DNA of 64,000 nucleotides from a virus (Duplodnaviria; Caudoviricetes): IMG/VR virus record IMGVR_UViG_3300042196_000418; one strand, 5' to 3'. Shown piece by piece: positions 58,846 to 64,000 of this stretch (position 1 is its first letter; each line of letters starts with the position of its first letter). The notes under the pieces were generated by a model. It saw only the letters and a program-made list of their open reading frames with translations, ran no database searches and was not told where the DNA came from. The position numbers and the translations under genes were made by a program.

Positions 58846-59318
58846 TCTCGCCTGACGTCCGACATGAGGGCCTGCCACGACATCGCGCGCTAACCGCGTG
58901 CATTCGGCTCGGTGCCGTGTTGGACGAAGGTGGGGAGCGCTCGTAGGCCAACGGCTGTACTACGTGCGTGCTCGACCGCTGTCGTGAGGTGGTAGTCATC
59001 TCTGCGTTCAAGCGGCCACGTCGCGCTCGCCCAAGAGGCGGCGCGACGATCACGCCGTCGGTCTCTTCGTCACCGAGAAGAGATCCGAGGGTGGCCACGG
59101 GTCCGCCCGCAGCACGCGCCGCACGATGCGGACTGCGTGTGGAATTTCACGTGCGAGAGCCGCGAAGCGCGGGTCCGTCAGGGTCGGCGCGACGTCGCCG
59201 AAGGCCGAGGGCGGCACTTGTTCGGTTTCCGGCATTGCCGGATCGCCGTCGACAACGCTGGTTGAAACCGCGCAGCTAAAAATTCGCGGCACCGCGGAGC
59301 CGGTGATAGCTTTGAAGC

Positions 59319-59480
59319 ATGGCTGATTTCTCCTCCATCTTCTCCGCCTGCAACCCTTGCTGCGCCGCCGCGAACAAGGACGGCATCTCGATCATCCTCT
59401 GCTGCGAGAACAAGCAGCCCTGCTGCAACAACGGGCGTAGCCGACGCCGTTGCTGCAAGGGCAAGAAGCACAAGCACTAG
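59319..59480 (+). CDS. 53-aa Cys-rich microprotein (9 Cys, four CC pairs)
   Basis: Hand translation MADFSSIFSACNPCCAAANKDGISIILCCENKQPCCNNGRSRRRCCKGKKHKH. Confidence 0.65.
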   Translation: MADFSSIFSACNPCCAAANKDGISIILCCENKQPCCNNGRSRRRCCKGKKHKH

Positions 59481-59531
59481 CTCGCGACACCGAAGCGCGC
59501 TCGTGGTGTAGCCTAGAGCCAAGGAGCACAC

Positions 59532-59825
59532 GTGGCGAGCTGCACCGTAGCGAAGTACCTCGAAGTTCTCTCGCACGAGCTCGTGCGCTACGACGTGCAA
59601 ACGAGCGCGCGCGAAGCCAAGCGAGGGCGCGTGAACATCTATCGCCTCGCTCTGCTCATGGAAGCGCTCCAGAAGGTGCGCAACAACGTGGCCAGCCGAA
59701 CATCGGATAGCGAGGCTGATAAGGCCAGCTTCCGCATGGCGATGTACCAGCACTTCGAGCGCGACTTCTCGCCGGTGAAGAAGGTCGTCGCGCAGATCGA
59801 AGCGGGGACCTGCAAGATCAAATGA
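59532..59825 (+). CDS. Hypothetical protein
   Basis: AAGGAG RBS. Confidence 0.65.
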   Translation: MASCTVAKYLEVLSHELVRYDVQTSAREAKRGRVNIYRLALLMEALQKVRNNVASRTSDSEADKASFRMAMYQHFERDFSPVKKVVAQIEAGTCKIK

Positions 59826-60166
59826 GCGATCGCCTGCTCATACTGCCGGAGTTCGGACTGCTGAACCGACAGCCGAAGGTCCCGCACGTCGCCCGCGTCG
59901 TCGCGCAACGTGACGTCCCCAACGAGTACGACACGCCAATCACGTATACGGTCCGGCAGGGCCGCAACGGCAAGGACTGGTGGATCGCCGCCTCGCGCGA
60001 GGGCATGCGCATGAGCGATACGCTGCACACCAAAACGCCCTCGACAGCCGGCGGTTGGATCATTGCTGTCCAGACCGGGCGGGTTCGTGTCGGCGAGAAG
60101 AAGACCAAGGCCCAGCTTGACCAAGAGCTCGACGAGGCCCTCGCGAAGCTCAAGGAGAAGCGGTGA
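59822..60166 (+). CDS. Hypothetical protein with C-terminal tag
   Basis: KKTKAQLDQELDEALAKLKEKR. Confidence 0.75.
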   Translation: MSDRLLILPEFGLLNRQPKVPHVARVVAQRDVPNEYDTPITYTVRQGRNGKDWWIAASREGMRMSDTLHTKTPSTAGGWIIAVQTGRVRVGEKKTKAQLDQELDEALAKLKEKR

Positions 60167-60606
60167 GCGACCTACACGACCGCATCGCGAAGGCGCTCGG
60201 CTGGAGTACGAGGGACGTGCAGTCACTGTCGATGCAGTCGCTGCGCGACCTGGTTCGTCCCGTCGATGCCGACCTCGCGCGGGAGATGGACTACGTGATC
60301 CAGTCCGGGGCGTACATCGTCGGAGCGCCGGCCGCGGCACCCTCAAAGCCGACAGCTGCGAAACCGGCCAAGAAGATCGCGATCGCGAAGGACATCGAAG
60401 CCGCCGTCCATGCCGCGCAGCTCTACATCGGCAAGGGACTGACGCTGCGGATCGCCGACGAGCAGAAGCTCTACAAACGCATGAACAGCAAGATCGCGGC
60501 AGTCGCGAAACAGCGCGGCATGGACGAGGCCGCTGCTTATCAGCAGATCATGGGCGAGGCGAAGCGCCGCGGGGGCCTTCAAGCAATCCCAGGAAAGGAC
60601 ATCTGA
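60163..60606 (+). CDS. Hypothetical protein
   Basis: Coupled ORF, AAGGAG RBS. Confidence 0.7.
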   Translation: MSDLHDRIAKALGWSTRDVQSLSMQSLRDLVRPVDADLAREMDYVIQSGAYIVGAPAAAPSKPTAAKPAKKIAIAKDIEAAVHAAQLYIGKGLTLRIADEQKLYKRMNSKIAAVAKQRGMDEAAAYQQIMGEAKRRGGLQAIPGKDI

Positions 60607-60947
60607 TGGCCCGTTACGAAGTGATCGAATCGAAGGTATGGAAGCGTGACGACGGCGCGAGCGCGAGTCCCTACGGCGCCGTGCCCTGGACGAGCGCCGC
60701 CGAGGAAAAGCGCTGGACGCTGGTCACCCGCGGCTACACGGTTCGCGACAACGAACGCGGTACCGTCGGCATCGGGCGCGTGCCCTGGGCCACACGTGCC
60801 GAGGCACAGGAGTGGGTGGACACGGCGACCGCGCGCCACGAAACCCAGCGCCGCGAGCACGAGGCACGGTACCCCAAGAAGACCCCCGGGCAGCTCCAGC
60901 GGGAGATCGACGCGGCGCTGGGGACGAAGCGCAAGCGGCGGCACTAG
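60606..60947 (+). CDS. Hypothetical protein with C-terminal tag
   Basis: TGATG coupling; KKTPGQLQREIDAALGTKRKRRH. Confidence 0.75.
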   Translation: MARYEVIESKVWKRDDGASASPYGAVPWTSAAEEKRWTLVTRGYTVRDNERGTVGIGRVPWATRAEAQEWVDTATARHETQRREHEARYPKKTPGQLQREIDAALGTKRKRRH

Positions 60948-60957
60948 CACACAGCCG

Positions 60958-61800
60958 ATGACGGGTCCCTTCTTCATCCCAGATCTCTCCTCGTGGGAGG
61001 GCGCGCTGCCCAACTTCGATGCGATCGCCGCAGCGCCGAACCACGTCGGCTGCATCATCAAGGCGACGCAGGGCGTGGGCCCGGGCGTATCCCAGGGCCA
61101 CTCGCCGCAGTGGTTCGCCCTGAACTGGCCACGGGTGCGCGCCGCGGGCGGAACACGCTACGGGCAGACCTGGTTCCGCGGCTGCTACGCCTACGGAGAG
61201 CCGACGCCCAGCGGGACCGCGCAGGCAGACTACTTGCTGAGGACCATCGATCGCGCTGGAAGCTGGGGCGACGGCGACCTGCCGCCGGCCTGGGACCTCG
61301 AAGGCGCGAAGTGGACCTCGCGCCAACAGATCGTCGACGTCAGCTCGCAGTTCGCCGCGCGCATCAAGCAAGTCCTCGGCCGCGCACCGATCCTCTACAC
61401 GGGATCGGTGTGGCGAAAATTCGGCGTGCAGGAGAAGGCCGGCTTCGGACAGATGTGGTCGCCACACCTGAACCTGATGGAGCCCTATGGCTGGCCGAAC
61501 TCCAGCTATGTGCTCCTTCAGTACGTCGGCGACGGAAAATACTGGAACCCCGCAACCGCGATGTTTGGCTGGCCGACCAGCGTCCCTGGCCTGGATGCGA
61601 AGGTCGACATGAACGTCGTCATGGACGGTGGTGCACCGGCGACTTCGATCGAGAGCGTGCGGACGATCCTCACCGGCCGCGGTGGGTGGTTCACGCGCGG
61701 TGGGCGTGGGATCTCGACGCCCCTCGTGATCGGCGTTGGTGCAGGGCTGCTCGCGCTCGGCATCATGATCGCGAGCGCAGGCCGCGACGAACTGGGGTAA
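60958..61800 (+). CDS. GH25 lysozyme/muramidase with C-terminal TM anchor
   Basis: DLSSWEG, IKATQG, WDLE, PILYTG, LLQY, VDMN; terminal hydrophobic helix. Confidence 0.85.
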   Translation: MTGPFFIPDLSSWEGALPNFDAIAAAPNHVGCIIKATQGVGPGVSQGHSPQWFALNWPRVRAAGGTRYGQTWFRGCYAYGEPTPSGTAQADYLLRTIDRAGSWGDGDLPPAWDLEGAKWTSRQQIVDVSSQFAARIKQVLGRAPILYTGSVWRKFGVQEKAGFGQMWSPHLNLMEPYGWPNSSYVLLQYVGDGKYWNPATAMFGWPTSVPGLDAKVDMNVVMDGGAPATSIESVRTILTGRGGWFTRGGRGISTPLVIGVGAGLLALGIMIASAGRDELG

Positions 61801-61933
61801 CGCTGGTTCGCTCGGCATCATGATCGCGGACCATGCCTCCTGCGATCCTGGCCATTCCATCGGCGGTTCGTAGGTGTGCGCGCTTCTTCTTGGCCATTCG
61901 CCGAGATCGTCGAACACCAGGACCACACGTCGC

Positions 61934-61961
61934 AAAAAAACCGCACCTTCGCTAGTGGGTT
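61934..61961 (-). terminator. Possible intrinsic terminator between convergent genes
   Basis: Imperfect hairpin followed by a T7 run on the minus strand. Confidence 0.3.
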
Positions 61962-61968
61962 GCAGAGA

Positions 61969-62670
61969 TCAGCCGAACGACGAGAGGTCGTGCCGGTAGA
62001 CGACCAGTGGTAAGTCCGTCGTGACGGTCCGCTCGAACCGTGCGTAAACCAGCCGGTTGAACTCGGTGTCGGTCCCGGTTCCCGCGCGCTCGGGCCAGCG
62101 CACCACCGAGACCGCACGCACGAAGGCGATTTCTCCGTTCGTGACTCGTGTCGACGAGGCGGGTTCGGAGCGATACGCACTTTTCGTCGCGGCCTCCTCA
62201 ACCGACGAGGGCGGCAGCTCAACGGGCCCGTCCAAGCTCGCGCTGCCACTGACGCTGCCAGGGTAGCCCACCGACCAGCGCGAGCCCCGCGCGTAGACGT
62301 AGCCGTGCATCAGGTGCTCGACCTCGTAAGCCTCGAATAGCCCGGCGACGATCTCGACGCGCTGGGGATGGGGAAGATCGTCGGCGTCCTGGTATATGAG
62401 CAGGTCGCCCGTCGCGACGTCGGCGCCGCGGTTACGGTTCTGTCCCGCCGTGAGCGGCGCCGCGCTGTGGACGAGCCGAATCCCGTCGGGCAGCGCCCTT
62501 GGCACCGCGCAGCCAGACAGCGCGACGACGATCTCGTCGGGTTGTCGACTCTGCCGCGAGAGCTGGTGTCCGAGCAGATCTGGAAGCAACTGGACGTGCT
62601 TGTGGGAGCACGGGACGATGACGCTCGTCCGAAGGCCGATCCTCCGCGGTCGCGTGACCAGCGTCGTCAC
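61969..62670 (-). CDS. GT2 glycosyltransferase
   Basis: SVIVP, PDEIVV, NRNRGA, YQDADD. Confidence 0.85.
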   Translation of the reverse strand: MTTLVTRPRRIGLRTSVIVPCSHKHVQLLPDLLGHQLSRQSRQPDEIVVALSGCAVPRALPDGIRLVHSAAPLTAGQNRNRGADVATGDLLIYQDADDLPHPQRVEIVAGLFEAYEVEHLMHGYVYARGSRWSVGYPGSVSGSASLDGPVELPPSSVEEAATKSAYRSEPASSTRVTNGEIAFVRAVSVVRWPERAGTGTDTEFNRLVYARFERTVTTDLPLVVYRHDLSSFG

Positions 62671-63257
62671 TTCGACCAGAAGTCCTCGGGCACGGCGGCC
62701 TGACCGTACGCCCAGGGCGGTCTGCCCTCGGCGACGTTCCAGTTGACGTAGGGCTCTCGTGCCTTCTTCTCCACGACGGTGATGTTGCTCGACGCCCCGT
62801 CGACGCGCTCGTTGAGCCGAACGCAGGCGACTTCCTCGAAGTAATGCTCGACAACAGCGAGCACGTTGCAGACATCAGACGCCCGTCGCGTATCGTGGAA
62901 GAGCAGCACTCCGCCGACCTCCAGGAGCGGGAAGCTACGGAGCGCGAAGTCTCGCCGGAGAGGTCCGGCGCCGTCGTCGAACACGACGTCGAAGCGGCTC
63001 TCACCCGGGGCCCAGTCCTCGTAGCGAATCAGTCGGCAGCGACCCTCAACGCCGAGGCGCCGGAGATTCAAACGCGTAGTCTCGATCCACGCTGGGCTGG
63101 TGTCGAGGCTCGTGAAAGAAGCCTCGATCGGGATCGATTGTGCAATCACCTGCGTGCTCCCGCCGACGCCGAACTCGAGGACAGTTCGCGCGTTGCTGGC
63201 GTAACGCTCTAGGAGCGCCGCGTCTTGCTTGCTGAGATCTCCGACGTATTTCTGCAT
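62667..63257 (-). CDS. Class I methyltransferase, paralog of the C-domain of 5592-6743
   Basis: GDLSxQDA..VLEFGVGGSTQ..EPYVNWN..EGRP.WA shared. Confidence 0.85.
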   Translation of the reverse strand: MQKYVGDLSKQDAALLERYASNARTVLEFGVGGSTQVIAQSIPIEASFTSLDTSPAWIETTRLNLRRLGVEGRCRLIRYEDWAPGESRFDVVFDDGAGPLRRDFALRSFPLLEVGGVLLFHDTRRASDVCNVLAVVEHYFEEVACVRLNERVDGASSNITVVEKKAREPYVNWNVAEGRPPWAYGQAAVPEDFWSK

Positions 63258-63550
63258 CGTTCCCCGCGCTGCGCCGCGCCGATGTCGTGCGGCACTGTAC
63301 GCTCATGGATCATAGCTCGAAGTGTTTGCCCCGACGTACGCCATTCTCGCCAGCGCCTCGATCCACGTCGATGTTGGTGCGCAAAAGCGTGCAAGAACGA
63401 AACACCCCGATAGAGCGAGCGGTCCCCGTCGTTAACACGTGTGCCGCAATCACATCGCCCCAGAACGCGAGATCCTGCCGGTGCGGTTGCAGCCTCGACT
63501 TGACGAGAGCACGCGTCACGTCACGAGCAGCGAAGATCCAGGCGGCGGCA

Positions 63551-64000
63551 CTACCGCTTCGTCGGCTTGGGAGGCATGACAACTCCCTGCTTCGTCGGAA
63601 TACGTGAAGCGCGAATGTCATCCTCCGCCGAAGCTTGAGAAACTGCCGCCGGAGTCACAGTGCCCTCCGGTGGCCGCGTCGGCGGATTCACCGTGATCTC
63701 CGGTGGTCTCGTCGGCGGATTCACCGTGACCTCCGTCAGCCTCGTTGCAGTGTTCACCTTCTCGACCGCGATCACCTTCTCGACCGCGATCAGGATTGAA
63801 TCCTTAGGATCGAGCCCCTGCATCGGAATGCTCTTGAGGTTCTCCAATTCCTCTTCGAGCCGCGCAGCTCCTTGTCGTACACGTGTATGTGCCTCAAGAG
63901 CGCGTGTAGCTGCCGCGACGAGTCGTTGATTGGAGACAGGCAGCGGGACCGTCCCCTTGCTCCGCCGTTTCACGTCACTTCCCGTGGAGGCTCTTGTCAT
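63551..64000 (-). CDS. Hypothetical protein (TVNPPTRPPE x2); may extend beyond window
   Basis: ORF with short internal repeats. Confidence 0.5.
   Translation of the reverse strand: MTRASTGSDVKRRSKGTVPLPVSNQRLVAAATRALEAHTRVRQGAARLEEELENLKSIPMQGLDPKDSILIAVEKVIAVEKVNTATRLTEVTVNPPTRPPEITVNPPTRPPEGTVTPAAVSQASAEDDIRASRIPTKQGVVMPPKPTKR

Overview
High-GC 64 kb window with no housekeeping genes. It reads as part of a large, tailless virus-like element (virus, provirus or shell-forming mobile element). The host is probably a myxobacterium, inferred from a CarF-like desaturase and a Fis-type HTH. Left arm (1-46.3 kb, mostly minus strand): a glycosyl-/O-methyltransferase cluster (1-12.2 kb), then a long, tightly coupled run of membrane-anchored and low-complexity proteins, a transglutaminase-like Cys protease, and five tandem genes (40073-44432). 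These five share an almost invariant ~134-aa C-terminal beta-rich (jelly-roll-like) domain but carry different low-complexity N-terminal arms, and several of the intergenic gaps hold tRNA-like T-loop hairpins. The same domain recurs in three diverged single-domain genes and in one protein built of five tandem copies. Right arm (46.4-61.8 kb, plus strand): small accessory genes, manC/PMM, a collagen-like protein, two Cys-rich microproteins and a GH25 lysozyme. About ten unrelated proteins carry a portable terminal peptide K[TS]PxQL[DE]REIAxAL, which looks like a packaging or cargo-loading tag. No terminase, portal, HK97 capsid, tail, packaging ATPase, polymerase or integrase is recognisable in the window. 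All family calls come from motif reading by eye; no searches were run.
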